Origin: an uncultured Alphaproteobacteria bacterium
GTDB lineage: Bacteria; Pseudomonadota; Alphaproteobacteria; Acetobacterales; Acetobacteraceae
Length of the DNA stretch: 64,000 nucleotides
Direction: 5' to 3'
Assembly (NCBI GenBank): GCA_963839645.1
Contig: CAWIVZ010000009.1
Coordinates: forward strand, 23,536-87,535
The translations under genes were made by a program, and so were the position numbers. The notes under the pieces are model-generated. The model was not told where the DNA came from. It saw only the letters and a program-made list of their open reading frames with translations, and did no database searches. Shown here piece after piece: positions 27,301-38,405 of this stretch (positions within the stretch are counted from its first letter, which is position 1; every line of letters begins with the position of its first letter).

Positions 27301-28947
27301 ATGGCACAGGATATCGGCAGCTTCGATTTCATCGTCACCGGCGCGGGGTCCGCAGGTTGCGTCATGGCGGCCCGGCTGTCGGAGAACGGCAAATACCGCG
27401 TGCTGCTGCTGGAAGCCGGCGGCAAGGACAGCTATCCGTGGATCCACATCCCCCTCGGCTACGCCAAGCTGTTCAACAATCCCGCCGTCAACTGGATGTT
27501 CGACAGCGAGCCGGAGGAGGAGCTGGAGAACCGCACGATGTACCAGCCGCGCGGCAAGGTGCTCGGCGGCACCAGCTCGATCAACGGCATGATCTATATG
27601 CGCGGCACGCCATCCGACTACGACGAATGGCGCCAGCGCGGCTGCGAGGGCTGGAGCTGGGACGACGTGCTGCCGTATTTTAGAAAGGCGGAAGACCAGT
27701 CGCGCGGCCCGAGCGAACTGCATGGCGTCGGCGGCCCGCTGCGCGTATCCGACCAGCCGACCCATTGGCCGCTGGCCCAGGCGATGATCGAGGCCAGCAA
27801 GCAGGCCGGCCTGCCCGCCAACGACGACTTTAACGGCCCCACCCAGGAAGGCGTCGGCTGGTACCAAACCACCACGCGCGACCGGCGCCGGGGCAGCACT
27901 GCGGTCTCGTATCTACGCCCGGCCAAGGGGCGGCGGAATCTGGTCATCGAGACCCGCGCGCACGCAACCAAAATCCTGATCGAGAACGGCCGCGCCATCG
28001 GCGTCGAGTTCCAAACGCCGGCCGGCAGGAAATCCGCCCGCGCCAACCTGGAAGTGATCGTTTCCGGCGGCGTCTACGGATCGCCGCAGCTGTTGCTGCT
28101 GTCGGGCCTTGGGCCGGCCGCGCAGTTGCAGAACTTCGGCATCCCCGTTGTGCGCGACATGCCCGGCGTCGGCGCCAATCTGCGCGATCATTTCTATCTG
28201 CAGGTGATCTACCGCTGTTCCCAGCCGGTCACGGTCAACGATTTCGCCAATAGCTGGCCGAGGAAGATCGCCGGCGCGGTGCAATACGCGCTGAACCGAG
28301 GCGGCATGATGGCCGGGAACGGCATGTATTGCGGCGCCTTCGCCCGCAGCGACCCGCGGCTGGAGCGGCCGGATCTGCAGATCAACATGGCCTGCTGGAG
28401 CACCGCCGAGCGCACGCGCACCGGTATCCTGCCGCACCCGTTTCCGGGCTTCACCATGAGCCCGGTGCATCTGCGCCCGGACGCGATCGGCCATGTGGCG
28501 CTGAAAAGCCCCGACCCGCTGGCTCCGCCATTGATAAAATTCAACTTCTTCAAAACCGACTACGACCGCCAGGCCCTGATCGCCGGCATGCGGTTGATCC
28601 GCAAGATCTGCGCCCAGCCGGCACTCGCGCCCTATGTCGGCACCGAGCTCGAGCCCGGCACGCAGGTGCAGACCGACGAGGAATTCATCGCCGACATCCG
28701 CCATCGCGGCTATTCCAACCTGCACCCGGTCGGCACCTGCCATATGGGCCACGACACGACGGCGGTGGTGGACCCGCAATTGTGCGTCTACGGCGTGGAT
28801 GGTTTGCGGGTGGTGGACGCCTCGATCATGCCCAGCATCATCGCCGGCAACACCAACGCACCGACGATCATGATCGCGGAAAAGGCGGCAACGATGGTAT
28901 TGGAAGCCGCCCGGACCCGCGCGGTAGCGCCGATGGCGGCAGAGTAA
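27301..28947 (+). CDS. GMC family oxidoreductase (choline/alcohol dehydrogenase-like)
   Basis: ORF 27301..28947. Contains FDFIVTGAGSAGCVMAARLSE, GKVLGGTSSINGM, and the C-terminal HPVGTCHMG. Confidence 0.9.
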   Translation: MAQDIGSFDFIVTGAGSAGCVMAARLSENGKYRVLLLEAGGKDSYPWIHIPLGYAKLFNNPAVNWMFDSEPEEELENRTMYQPRGKVLGGTSSINGMIYMRGTPSDYDEWRQRGCEGWSWDDVLPYFRKAEDQSRGPSELHGVGGPLRVSDQPTHWPLAQAMIEASKQAGLPANDDFNGPTQEGVGWYQTTTRDRRRGSTAVSYLRPAKGRRNLVIETRAHATKILIENGRAIGVEFQTPAGRKSARANLEVIVSGGVYGSPQLLLLSGLGPAAQLQNFGIPVVRDMPGVGANLRDHFYLQVIYRCSQPVTVNDFANSWPRKIAGAVQYALNRGGMMAGNGMYCGAFARSDPRLERPDLQINMACWSTAERTRTGILPHPFPGFTMSPVHLRPDAIGHVALKSPDPLAPPLIKFNFFKTDYDRQALIAGMRLIRKICAQPALAPYVGTELEPGTQVQTDEEFIADIRHRGYSNLHPVGTCHMGHDTTAVVDPQLCVYGVDGLRVVDASIMPSIIAGNTNAPTIMIAEKAATMVLEAARTRAVAPMAAE

Positions 28948-28963
28948 GATAAGGGAGCAAGAC

Positions 28964-30159
28964 ATGGCCGAACTGGATGATTTTCGCGTCGGCGTCAGAA
29001 ACTGGCTGGAGGCGAACTGCCCGCCCTTGATGCGCACCCCGATGCCGGAGGATGAAATGGTCGCCGGCGGCAAGACCGCGGTCTATAAATATCCCGAGCA
29101 GAAGATCTGGCTCGACCGCATGGCCGAAAAGGGCTGGACCGCGCCCACCTGGCCGAAACAATACGGCGGCGGCGGCCTCACCGAGATGGAAGCCTCGGTG
29201 GTGGACGAGGAAATGAAGGACGCTGGACTGCCGCCCGCCGCTGCGCGGCATGGGGCTGACCATGCTGGGGCCGGTGCTGCTGGAATACGGCACGGAGGAG
29301 CAGCGCCAGGAGCACCTGCCGAAGATCATCGCGCGGCGAAATCCGCTGGTGCCAGGGCTACAGCGAACCCGGCGCCGGGTCCGATCTGGCCGGCCTGCAA
29401 ACCCGCGCGGTGCTGCAGGGCGATCACTTCCTGGTCAACGGCCACAAGATCTGGACCACCAACGCGCATTACGCCGACTGGATCTTCTGCCTGGTCCGCA
29501 CCGATCCGACGGTGCAAAAGCATGACGGCATCTGCTTCCTGCTGATCGACATGGAAGATCCCGGCGTGCGGCCGCGGCCGATCCGGCTGATCTCCGGCGT
29601 GTCGGTGTTCTGCGAAACCTTCCTGGAAAACGTCCAGGTGCCGGCGGGAAATCTGGTCGGCGAGATGAACAAGGGCTGGACCATCGCCAAGCGCCTGCTG
29701 GAACACGAACGCAAAGGCATCGGCGGCATCGGCGACCGCGCCAAGCGCGAAGTTCGAGATCCGGCCGAGCATCGCCAAACAGCATATGCGGCGAGATCAG
29801 ACGGCCGCATCGCCGATCCGATCCGTGCGCGACGCCATCGCACGCTACAACATGGACGACCACGCCTTCCAGCTGACCCGCCGCCGGGCCGCGGAGGCAG
29901 TCCGAGGCCGGGCAGCCGCCGGGGCCGATTGTCGGCGATGTTCAAATACTACGGCACGGAACTGAACAAGCGCCGCTACGAACTGCATGATCGGCAGCGC
30001 CGGCTCCGAGGACTGGGCTGGGAAGGCGAGGAATTCACGCGGGACGAATTGCGGCTCACGCGCGAATGGTTGCGCTCGAAGGCCAACACCATCGAGGGCG
30101 GCACGTCCGAGGTGCAGTTGAACATCATCGCCAAGCGCGTGCTTGGCCTGCCGGATTAA
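28964..30159 (+). pseudogene. acyl-CoA dehydrogenase family protein, multiply frameshifted (at least 6 events, some compensating)
   Basis: ORFs 28964..29545, 29250..29525 and 29410..30159. The joins are ...EEMKDAG | CRPPLRGMGLTMLGPVLLEYGTEEQRQEHLPKIIAR | GEIRWCQGYSEPGAGSDLAGLQTRAV.... Further switches lie around 29745-29940 (VRDAIARYNMDDHAFQLTRRR is out of frame). A +1/-1 pair lies around 29985-30012 (ELHDRQRRLRGLGW versus EL-MIGSAGSE-LGW). Confidence 0.85.
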
Positions 30160-30179
30160 GCACGAAGGAATTATCCGCA

Positions 30180-31330
30180 ATGGCCCTGGTGCTTTCCTCC
30201 GACGCGCAGATGGTGCGCGACACCGCGCTGGATTTCTTCCCGACGAAGTCGCCGGTCACGGAATTCCGCAAGCTGCGCGACAGCAACGACCCCGACGGCT
30301 TCTCCCGCAAGCTGTGGCGGGAAATGGCCGATCTCGGCTGGACCGGCTTCCTGGTGTCCGAGGACCACGGCGGCACCGGCTTCGGCCTGACCGGCCTGGC
30401 GCAGGTGATGGAGGCCTCCGGCCGCACCCTGGCCGCGACGCCGCTGATCTCCACCGCGCTGATCGGCGCGCAGTCGCTGCTGGCAACTGGCCGGAACCGC
30501 TGACCAGAAGGCCAGATCACCTGCCGCCGACTGGTTGCCGGCGAGACGCTGTTCGCCCTGGCGCTGGAGGAAGGCCCGCATCACGCCCCCGACCCGCATC
30601 GCCACCACCGCGACGGGCGCCGGCAGCGGCTACCGTGCTCAACGGCCAGAAGGTCTTCGTGCTGGATGGCCATGTCGCCGACATGCTGATCGTCGCCGCG
30701 CGCACCGCGGGCGGCCGCAACGACCGGGCCGGCATCACGCTGTTCCTCGTGCCGGCAAACGCTCCGGGTGTCAGCCGCAAGCGCAACCGATCATGGTCGA
30801 CAGCCGCAACGCCGCCTCCATCCGCTTCGACAACGTCGCCGTCGGCGCCGATGCCGTGCTCGGTCCGGTCGACGGCGGCGCGGATGTGCTGGAGGCCGTC
30901 GCTGGACCGCGCCCGCGCCGGCCTGGCGGCGGAAATGCTCGGCAGCGCCTCGGAGGCCTTCGACCGCACCCTGCAATACCTCAAGGACCGCAAGCAGTTC
31001 GGCGTCGCCATCGGCAGCTTCCAGGCGCTGAAGCACCGCGCCGCGCAGATGTTCTGCGAAGTGGAGATCACCCGTTCCGCCGTGCTCGCCGCACCGCCGG
31101 CAATGGACGACCGCGCCAACGACGCCGCCGCGCTGGCCAGCCTGGCGAAGGCCAAGGCCAGCGACACGCTGCGCCTGTGCGGCAACGAGGGCGTGCAGAT
31201 GCATGGCGGCATCGGCATGACCGACGAGCACGAGATCGGCTTCTTCATCAAGCGCGCCCGCGTGGCGCAGGCTACCTTCGGCAATTCCGCCTTCCATCGC
31301 GACCGCTACGCCAGCCTGATGGGCTATTGA
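30180..31330 (+). pseudogene. acyl-CoA dehydrogenase family protein, multiply frameshifted (at least 6 events)
   Basis: ORFs 30066..30503, 30535..32202 (5' part) and 30143..31330. The path is MALVLSSDAQMVRD...GAQSLL / LAGTADQKAR / RLVAGETLFALALEEGPHHAP / TRIATTATGAGSGYR / LNGQKVFVLDGHVADMLIVAART...VSRKRN / MVDSRNAASIRFDNVAVGADAVLGPVDGGADVLEAV / LDRARAGLAAEMLG...HRDRYASLMGY. Confidence 0.85.
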
Positions 31331-31347
31331 ACCAGGGAGCAACGACC

Positions 31348-32228
31348 ATGAGCGGAATGCGCGGCAACCAGGGTCCCCGCTACCGGCACGTCAGCGACGA
31401 GTCCGCGCCGTATGAAACCATCGCGCTGGACAAGCTGACGCCGATCATCGGGGCGGAGATCACCGGCGTTGATTTATCCGCGCCGCTGTCCAACCGCACC
31501 CAGGACGAGATCCATCGGGCGCTGGCGGAAAACCTGGTCATCTTCTTCCGCGACCAGCACATCACCCCGCAGCAGCATCTCGCCTTCGGGCGGATGTTCG
31601 GCGATCTGCACATCCACCCGGCCGCGCCGCATGAAGACGGCGAGCCGGCCTTGATGAAGATCTACGCCGACAAGGACAGCCCGCGCGCCAACGGCGAAGG
31701 CTGGCACTCGGATGTTTCCTGCGACGCCGAGCCGCCGATGGGCAGCATCCTGTATATCAAGCAGACCCCGCCGAAGGGCGGCGACACGCTGTTCGCCAGC
31801 ATGTACGCCGCGTACGAGGCGCTGTCGGACCGGATGAAAACCTATCTGGACGGCCTGACGGCCTTCCACGACGGCGCCGATGTCTATCGCGGCCTGTATG
31901 CGAATTTCGGCGTGGCCGACAAACCCGTCTATCCCAGCGCCGAGCACCCGGTGGTGCGCACCCATCCTGTCACCGGCAAGAAGGCGCTGTACGTAAACCG
32001 CGGCTTCACCCGGCGCATCCTTGGCCTGCCGCGCGACGAGAGCGACGCGATCCTGGCCTATCTGTATCAGCACGCCGAAAATCCGCTGTTCCAGTGCCGG
32101 TTCCGCTGGAGCAGAACGCCATCGCCTTCTGGGACAACCGCTGCACCCAGCACCGCGCGATGTGGGACTACTGGCCTCACACGCGCTCGGGCAACCGGGT
32201 GACGGTGAAGGGCGACCGGCCGGTTTGA
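31348..32228 (+). pseudogene. TauD/TfdA family 2OG-dependent dioxygenase, frameshifted near the 3' end
   Basis: This is the C-terminal part of ORF 30535..32202, starting at ATG 31348 with AGGGAG upstream. Contains WHSDVS and FASMYAAYEALS. After ...FQCRFRW the conserved tail NAIAFWDNRCTQHRAMWDYWPHTRSGNRVTVKGDRPV lies in another frame (-1 event at about 32108), with TGA at 32226-32228. Confidence 0.85.
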
Positions 32229-32231
32229 AAC

Positions 32232-32633
32232 CTATTTAAGGAACCGGTCTATCCTGCGATAGGCGAACATCCACTTCCCGCCGCGCCGCACCATCTTGTC
32301 CGCGTATTCTCCGCCCGAACTGAGTGCCGGGCCATTGGCGCTGTTCAGGATCATGATCCAATTCGATCGCACTTCCGCGGTATCGCCGCTCAACCGGATG
32401 AGGATGTTGGTGACGTAATGCACCCGCCGCGGCGGTTCGGCCATGTCCTTGGTGAAGCTGGCCGCCAGATCGGCGATCGCCTTATGGCCGGTTGCCTTGC
32501 CGAACGCCGTGTCCCACGTGCCGTCCTCGGTGAACAGCGCGGCCATCCCGGCAAACTGGTAATTGTCGAGTGCATAGCAATACTCGGCCAGCACCTCGCG
32601 AATGGCGTCCTTGTCCTCGACCGCGGTCGGCAT
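32232..32633 (-). CDS. nuclear transport factor 2 (SnoaL-like) family protein
   Basis: ORF 32232..32633. Contains DKDAIREVLAEYCYALDNYQFAGMAALFTEDGTWD, typical of the SnoaL_4 fold. Confidence 0.7.
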   Translation of the reverse strand: MPTAVEDKDAIREVLAEYCYALDNYQFAGMAALFTEDGTWDTAFGKATGHKAIADLAASFTKDMAEPPRRVHYVTNILIRLSGDTAEVRSNWIMILNSANGPALSSGGEYADKMVRRGGKWMFAYRRIDRFLK

Positions 32634-32693
32634 CGGTTTCTCTCCCCTGGATGTTCAGGATAGCATAGCCGCAAATACCGGGAGGGACAGGCC

Positions 32694-33545
32694 ATGAAGT
32701 GGCGCATCGGGGACGTGACGATCACCAAGATCGTGGAGTTGGAAATGACCGGCGGCAGCCGCTTCCTGCTGCCGCAGGCCATCCGCGAGACGCTTGACCA
32801 CATGGCCTGGCTGCAACCGCATTTCGTCGACGAGAACTGGCGGCTGAAGATGTCCATCCATGCCTTCGTGGTGCAAACACCGACGCACCGCATCATCGTC
32901 GATACCTGCCTCGGCAACGACAAGCAGAACCGGCGCATTCCGCACTGGAACAACATGCAGACGGCGTTCCTGTCCGATCTCGCCGCCGCCGGCTATGCGC
33001 GCGAAACCATCGACACGGTGCTGTGCACCCATCTGCACGTCGATCATGTCGGCTGGAACACCATGCTGGTGGACGGCAAATGGGTACCCACCTTCCCACG
33101 GGCGCGCTACCTGATGGGCCGGATCGAATACGAGCACTGGACCCGCAACAACACCCGCGAGGACATGGCGGCCGTGGTCGATGACAGCATCCGCCCGGTG
33201 CACGATGCCGGTCTGGTCGATCTGGTTGACCTCGATCACCGGATCGGCGCGGAGATCTCCCTGGTGCCGAGTTTCGGCCACACGCCCGGCCATGTGTCGG
33301 TGCGGATCTCCTCGCGCGGGGAGGAAGCGCTGATAACCGGCGATTTCGCCCATCATCCCTGCCAGTTCGGCCACCCCGAATGGTGCTCCACCGCCGATCA
33401 CGACCCGGCGATGGCGGAAGCGACGCGGCGCGAATTGCTCGGCCGGCTGGCGGGCACCCCCACCCTGGTCCTCGGCACCCATTTCGCCACGCCCACCGCC
33501 GGGCGGATCGAACGCGACGGGGATGCCTTCCGCCTGGCGGTGTAA
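32694..33545 (+). CDS. MBL fold metallo-hydrolase (lactonase-like)
   Basis: ORF 32694..33545. Contains HLHVDHVGW (HxHxDH), GHTPGH, and a later D/H ligand pattern. Confidence 0.8.
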   Translation: MKWRIGDVTITKIVELEMTGGSRFLLPQAIRETLDHMAWLQPHFVDENWRLKMSIHAFVVQTPTHRIIVDTCLGNDKQNRRIPHWNNMQTAFLSDLAAAGYARETIDTVLCTHLHVDHVGWNTMLVDGKWVPTFPRARYLMGRIEYEHWTRNNTREDMAAVVDDSIRPVHDAGLVDLVDLDHRIGAEISLVPSFGHTPGHVSVRISSRGEEALITGDFAHHPCQFGHPEWCSTADHDPAMAEATRRELLGRLAGTPTLVLGTHFATPTAGRIERDGDAFRLAV

Positions 33546-33642
33546 AGCCTCAGCCGGCATTGCGTGAAACGCCGGTCGCGCCGTAAGTTGGGAACAGAAA
33601 AGCATCGAGCCGGAAAGGCCGATGGATCTGGGGGAAATCCGC

Positions 33643-34845
33643 ATGACCGTAGTTTCGCGCCGCACCGTGATGAAAACCGCCGCCGCCGCGGCTGTCCTGC
33701 CAGCGATACCACGCGGCGCCGGCGCCGCCGATCCGATCAAGATCGGCATGCCCGTCGCTCTTACCGGTGCGCTCGGCGGCATCGGCGCGCAGATGCGCCA
33801 GGCCTGCGAGTTTTGGGCCAAGCAGGTGAACGCCAAGGGCGGACTGCTGGGCCGCCCGGTCGAACTGGTCATCGAGGACACCGCCGCCAACCCCGCCACC
33901 ACCGTGCGCAAGGCACAGGAAATGGTCGAGCGCGACGGCGTTCGGCTGCTCACCTGCATCGTCGCTTCCAACGAAGCGCTGGCGGTGGTGCCGAAACTGG
34001 CAGAGTGGAACACGGTCTTCATCTCCGGCGACAACGGCGACGGGCGGCTGACCGCCGAATCCCTGGTGCCGAACTTCTTCCGCCCGAACACCTCCGGCCC
34101 GATGGGCACGCGCGCCGTGGCGCTATGGCTGCGCGATTCACCGCTGAAGAATTTCTACGGTCTCGGCATGGACTACGCCTGGGGCCACAACTCCATGGAC
34201 GTGTTCGCGGCCCAGACCAAGCGCGCGGGCAAAAATTTCCTCGGCGCGGTGTTCTCGCCCACCGGCACGAAGGATTTCTCCACCTACATCACCAAGATCC
34301 GCCAATCCGGCGCGGACGGCGTCTACCTGGTGCTGGCCGGCGACGACAACAACGCCTTCCTCGCCCAGGCCAAGCAGTATCGCCTGGGCGACAAAGTGCA
34401 GCTTTTGACCGAGCAGGTCGATGAAATGGGCCTGAACGCGACCGGCGATTCGGCCGTCGGCATGGTCGGCGGCTCGCGCTATACGCCCGGCCTGGACAAC
34501 CCCGTGAACAAGGCCTTCGTCGCCGCCTGGCAGGCGGAATACAAGCGCCCGCCGCAAATGTTCGAGGGCGACCAGTACCAGTCCTGCATGGTGTTGCAGG
34601 CCGGCATCGAAAAGGCCGGCAGCATCGAGGCGGCCAAGCTACGCAAGGCCCTGGAAGGCCTGGCGCTCGACACCGTCAAGGGCCACATCGTCATGCGTGC
34701 CTGCGACCATCAGGCGGAACAGCCGGGCTTCGTCGTCCGCGTGGTGAAAAAGCCCGGCATGGAACATCCGGTGCCGGAGGTGATCGCGACCTACCCGGCC
34801 GACCGCATCACGCCGCCATGCAACAAGACGGAATACGACGACTGA
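33643..34845 (+). CDS. Liv-type ABC transporter substrate-binding protein
   Basis: ORF 33622..34845. The Tat-like signal is MTVVSRRTVMKTAAAAAVLPAIPRGAGAADPIKIG. The alternative ATG at 33622 is also possible. The Peripla_BP_6 pattern runs throughout. Confidence 0.85.
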   Translation: MTVVSRRTVMKTAAAAAVLPAIPRGAGAADPIKIGMPVALTGALGGIGAQMRQACEFWAKQVNAKGGLLGRPVELVIEDTAANPATTVRKAQEMVERDGVRLLTCIVASNEALAVVPKLAEWNTVFISGDNGDGRLTAESLVPNFFRPNTSGPMGTRAVALWLRDSPLKNFYGLGMDYAWGHNSMDVFAAQTKRAGKNFLGAVFSPTGTKDFSTYITKIRQSGADGVYLVLAGDDNNAFLAQAKQYRLGDKVQLLTEQVDEMGLNATGDSAVGMVGGSRYTPGLDNPVNKAFVAAWQAEYKRPPQMFEGDQYQSCMVLQAGIEKAGSIEAAKLRKALEGLALDTVKGHIVMRACDHQAEQPGFVVRVVKKPGMEHPVPEVIATYPADRITPPCNKTEYDD

Positions 34846-34852
34846 CCCGCCC

Positions 34853-35722
34853 ATGAGCCTGCTGGGGTTTCTGCTGACGCAGTGCCTGAACGCGCTGTCT
34901 CAGGCAGCCCTGCTGTTTTTCCTCGGGGTCGGGCTGACGCTGATCTTCGGGATCATGCGGATCGTCAATTTCGCGCACGGCACATTCTTCATGCTGGGCG
35001 CATTCCTGGGCTACTCGGCGGTGCGGCTGACCGGCAGTTTCTGGGCCGGGCTGGTGATCGGGCCGCTGGTCGGCGGCGCGATCGGGGCGGCGTTCGAAAT
35101 GGGGCTGCTGCGCCGGCTGTACCGTCGCGACGACAGCGCGTTCCTGATGGTGACATTCGGGCTGACCCTGGTGCTGGGGGAAATCATCCGGCTGCTCTGG
35201 GGCGTGAACGCGCTGCAGGTCGAACTGCCGGACATGTTCGCCGGCATCGTGTTCCTGTTCGACGAGCCCTTCCCGGTCTACCGGCTGTTCCTGATCGGCG
35301 CCGGAGCGGTCGTCGCGATCGCCATCTGGCAGTTCCTGGAACGCACGCGCCTCGGCCTGCTGATCCGCGCCACCAGCCAGAACGCCGAGATGGTGCATGC
35401 GCTGGGGGTGGACGTGAAGCTGGTGCGGACCGCCATCTTCGGCATCGGCTGCGGCCTGGCCGCGCTCGGCGGCGTGATGGCGGCCCCGCTGGTCACCGCC
35501 TCGCTCGGCATGGCCGGCAACGCCATCATCGATGCGTTCGTGATCGTCATCATCGGCGGCATGGGCAGCTTCCTCGGCTCGCTGCTGGCGGCGGTGCTGG
35601 TGGCGTTCGTGCAGGTGTTCGGCAATTACTACTTCCCCGATTTCGCCCTGGCCGCGATGTACATGCTGATGCTGCTGGTGCTGGTCATCCGGCCCGGCGG
35701 GCTGCTGGGCAAGGAGGCCTGA
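34853..35722 (+). CDS. branched-chain amino acid ABC transporter permease (LivH type)
   Basis: ORF 34853..35722. Contains the typical NFAHGTFFMLGAF and IIGGMGSFLGS motifs. Confidence 0.9.
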   Translation: MSLLGFLLTQCLNALSQAALLFFLGVGLTLIFGIMRIVNFAHGTFFMLGAFLGYSAVRLTGSFWAGLVIGPLVGGAIGAAFEMGLLRRLYRRDDSAFLMVTFGLTLVLGEIIRLLWGVNALQVELPDMFAGIVFLFDEPFPVYRLFLIGAGAVVAIAIWQFLERTRLGLLIRATSQNAEMVHALGVDVKLVRTAIFGIGCGLAALGGVMAAPLVTASLGMAGNAIIDAFVIVIIGGMGSFLGSLLAAVLVAFVQVFGNYYFPDFALAAMYMLMLLVLVIRPGGLLGKEA

Positions 35723-35789
35723 GTGCGGCTTTATATTTTGGCGGCGGTCAGTCCTGGCCGCCGCGCCGTTTGGCCTGCCGATATTTGCC

Positions 35790-36653
35790 ATGACCCTGCT
35801 GACCGAGGCGCTGATCCTCGGCCTGCTGGCGATGAGCCTCGATCTGATGGTCGGCTATACGCGGCTGATCAGCTTCGGCCATGCCGCGGCCTATGGTCTC
35901 GGCGCCTACGCTTCCGGCTATCTGCTGCTGCACACCGACCTGCCGCTGCCCTTCGCGGTGCTGGCCGCCGCCCTGCTGGCCGGCGTGGTGGCGATCGGCG
36001 TGGCCTGGGTCTGCACCATGGCCACCGGGGTATCGTTCTCCATGCTGACCCTGGCCTTCGCGCAGCTGCTGTATGCGGTGGCGTTCAAATGGACCAGCGT
36101 CACCGGCGCCTCCGACGGCCTGGCCGGCATACCCCGCCATCCCGGACCGTTCGGGATCACGGTGTTCGAGACCAAGGACGGCTATTACTATCTTGTGCTG
36201 GCCTGCCTGCTCGGCGCCTTCGCGTTCTGCCGGGCGTTGGTGAGCTCGCCGTTCGGCGCGGTGCTGCGCGGCATCCGCGAGAACGAGGCCAAGACCCTGT
36301 CGCTCGGCTACAACACGCGCCTGTACAAGATCGCGGTGGTGGCGATGTCCTTCGCGTTCGGCGGACTGGCCGGGGCGCTGTATTCCCCGTTCGCCGGCTT
36401 CGCCAATACCGACCTGCTGTTCTGGCTGTTCTCCGGCCAGGTGCTGATCATGGTCATCGTCGGCGGTCAGGGCACGCTGATCGGCCCGATCCTGGGCGCG
36501 GCCTTCTTCATGCTGCTGGAGCACGTGCTCAGCGAATACACCGAGTCCTGGGCGCTGTTCTTCGGCCTGATCTTCATCGGCTTCGTCCTGTTCGCGCCGC
36601 AGGGCATCTGGGGATTGCTGACGTCGCGGCTGCCCAAGCGGGTCCGGACCTGA
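35790..36653 (+). CDS. branched-chain amino acid ABC transporter permease (LivM type); the N-terminus is probably lost to a frameshift
   Basis: ORF 35790..36653 (LDLMVGYTRLISFGHAAAYGLGAY). GTG 35723 abuts the livH stop and encodes MRLYILAAV. Frame 0 upstream of 35790 reads VLAAAPFGLPIFA. This suggests one extra base near 35748-35751. Confidence 0.8.
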   Translation: MTLLTEALILGLLAMSLDLMVGYTRLISFGHAAAYGLGAYASGYLLLHTDLPLPFAVLAAALLAGVVAIGVAWVCTMATGVSFSMLTLAFAQLLYAVAFKWTSVTGASDGLAGIPRHPGPFGITVFETKDGYYYLVLACLLGAFAFCRALVSSPFGAVLRGIRENEAKTLSLGYNTRLYKIAVVAMSFAFGGLAGALYSPFAGFANTDLLFWLFSGQVLIMVIVGGQGTLIGPILGAAFFMLLEHVLSEYTESWALFFGLIFIGFVLFAPQGIWGLLTSRLPKRVRT

Positions 36654-36657
36654 GCCG

Positions 36658-37412
36658 ATGGCGTTGCTGGAACTGGACGGGCTGACCAAGCGCTATGGCG
36701 GCCTCGTCGCCGTCAACCAGGTGTCCATGCGGGTGGAAGCCGGCGAGGTGCGCGCCGTGATCGGACCGAACGGCGCCGGCAAGACCAGCCTGTTCCACCT
36801 GATCACCGGCGTCGTCCGCGCCACCGAGGGCGAGGTGCGGTTCGACGGACGCTCCCTCACCGGCCTGTCCTCCTACCGGATCTGCCAGGCCGGGCTGTCG
36901 CGCACGTTCCAGCTCACCGCGCTGTTTCCGGAGATGACGGCGCGGGAGAATGCCCGCACTGTCCGCCCAGGCGCGGCTGGCGCGCCGCTGGCAGCCCTAT
37001 GGCGGCGGCGGCGGTGTTCGCCGAGGCCGCGCGCCGCGGCGACGAGGCGCTGGAACGCCTCGGCCTGACCGAAATCGCCAACCGCCCCGCCGGCCTGCTG
37101 TCGCACGGCGACCAGCGGCTGCTGGAAGTGGCGATGGCGCTGGCGCAGCGTCCGCGCGTGCTGCTGCTGGACGAGCCGACGCAAGGCCTGTCGGTGGAGG
37201 AAACCGCTGTCCGCGGTGGAAACCCTGGCCGGCCTGCTGGCCGGCGGGCAGCTGACCGTGCTGCTGGTGGAGCACGACATGGAGGTGGTGTTCCGCCTGC
37301 GCGCAGAAGATCACCGTGCTGCACCGGGGCGCAGTGATCGCCGACGACGTGCCGGAAGCGGTGAAGGCCGATGCCAGACGGTGCAGGCCGCCTATCTCGG
37401 CGGATACGCGTG

Positions 37413-37413
<1 letters not shown>
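36658..37413 (+). pseudogene. ABC transporter ATP-binding protein (LivG type), five frameshifts
   Basis: ORFs 36658..37068, 36950..37255, 36999..37337, 37216..37413 and 37316..37930. The path is Walker A GPNGAGKTS...ARENA / LSAQARLARRWQPYGGG / AVFAEAARRGDEALERLGLTEIANRPAGLLSHGDQRLLEVAMALAQRPRVLLLDEPTQGLSVEETA / VETLAGLLAGGQLTVLLVEHDMEVVFRL / QKITVLHRGAVIADDVPEAVKADA / VQAAYLGGYA. Confidence 0.85.
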
Positions 37414-38109
<696 letters not shown>

Positions 38110-38201
38110 ACTCCGTCACAATAAATTCACGGAACCGCCCAATGTCCGCCGGGATTACCCCCTCAGGTAGCCCATCGGCAGAACAGGACATGTGACAGGC
38201 A

Positions 38202-38405
38202 ATGACCAGGCAGGACTACGCCAGCAAGCAGGCAGAACTGGATCGCCAATTGAACGATCCGGACATGGCGATGGAACCTGCGAAGATCTGGGCGCTACTG
38301 GAGGAGCTTGCCGGCTCCGCTCCAAAAGAACCGGATTATCAGATAGCTATGGATGGTTCCGTAGAGCCGCGAGCAAGAATTCGCGGTTGCCCTCCGGCCC
38401 GGTGA
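38202..38405 (+). CDS. hypothetical small protein (67 aa), doubtful
   Basis: ORF 38202..38405 in a locally lower-GC stretch. There is no clear RBS. The 3' end overlaps the tlyA 3' end by 59 nt. Confidence 0.2.
   Translation: MTRQDYASKQAELDRQLNDPDMAMEPAKIWALLEELAGSAPKEPDYQIAMDGSVEPRARIRGCPPAR

Noticed and set aside
25155-27425. Very long antisense ORFs: 25155..27425 (756 aa), 38515..41364 (949 aa), 54242..56656 (804 aa), 2815..4719 (634 aa), 10893..12677 (594 aa), 16465..18114 (549 aa), 45781..47454 (557 aa), and many more.
   Set aside because: They lie opposite strongly recognisable genes (PTE/LLM, dxs, ureC/E/F, cyclase, comEC, NodT, TPR). They are Arg/Pro/Gly/Ala/His-rich with no motifs. 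This is the usual stop-codon-poor shadow-frame effect in high-GC DNA.
38202-38405. Small ORF overlapping the tlyA 3' end as a possible antisense-encoded regulator.
   Set aside because: It is kept only as a low-confidence feature. It has no RBS and no recognisable motif. Given the indel load, its true extent cannot be trusted.
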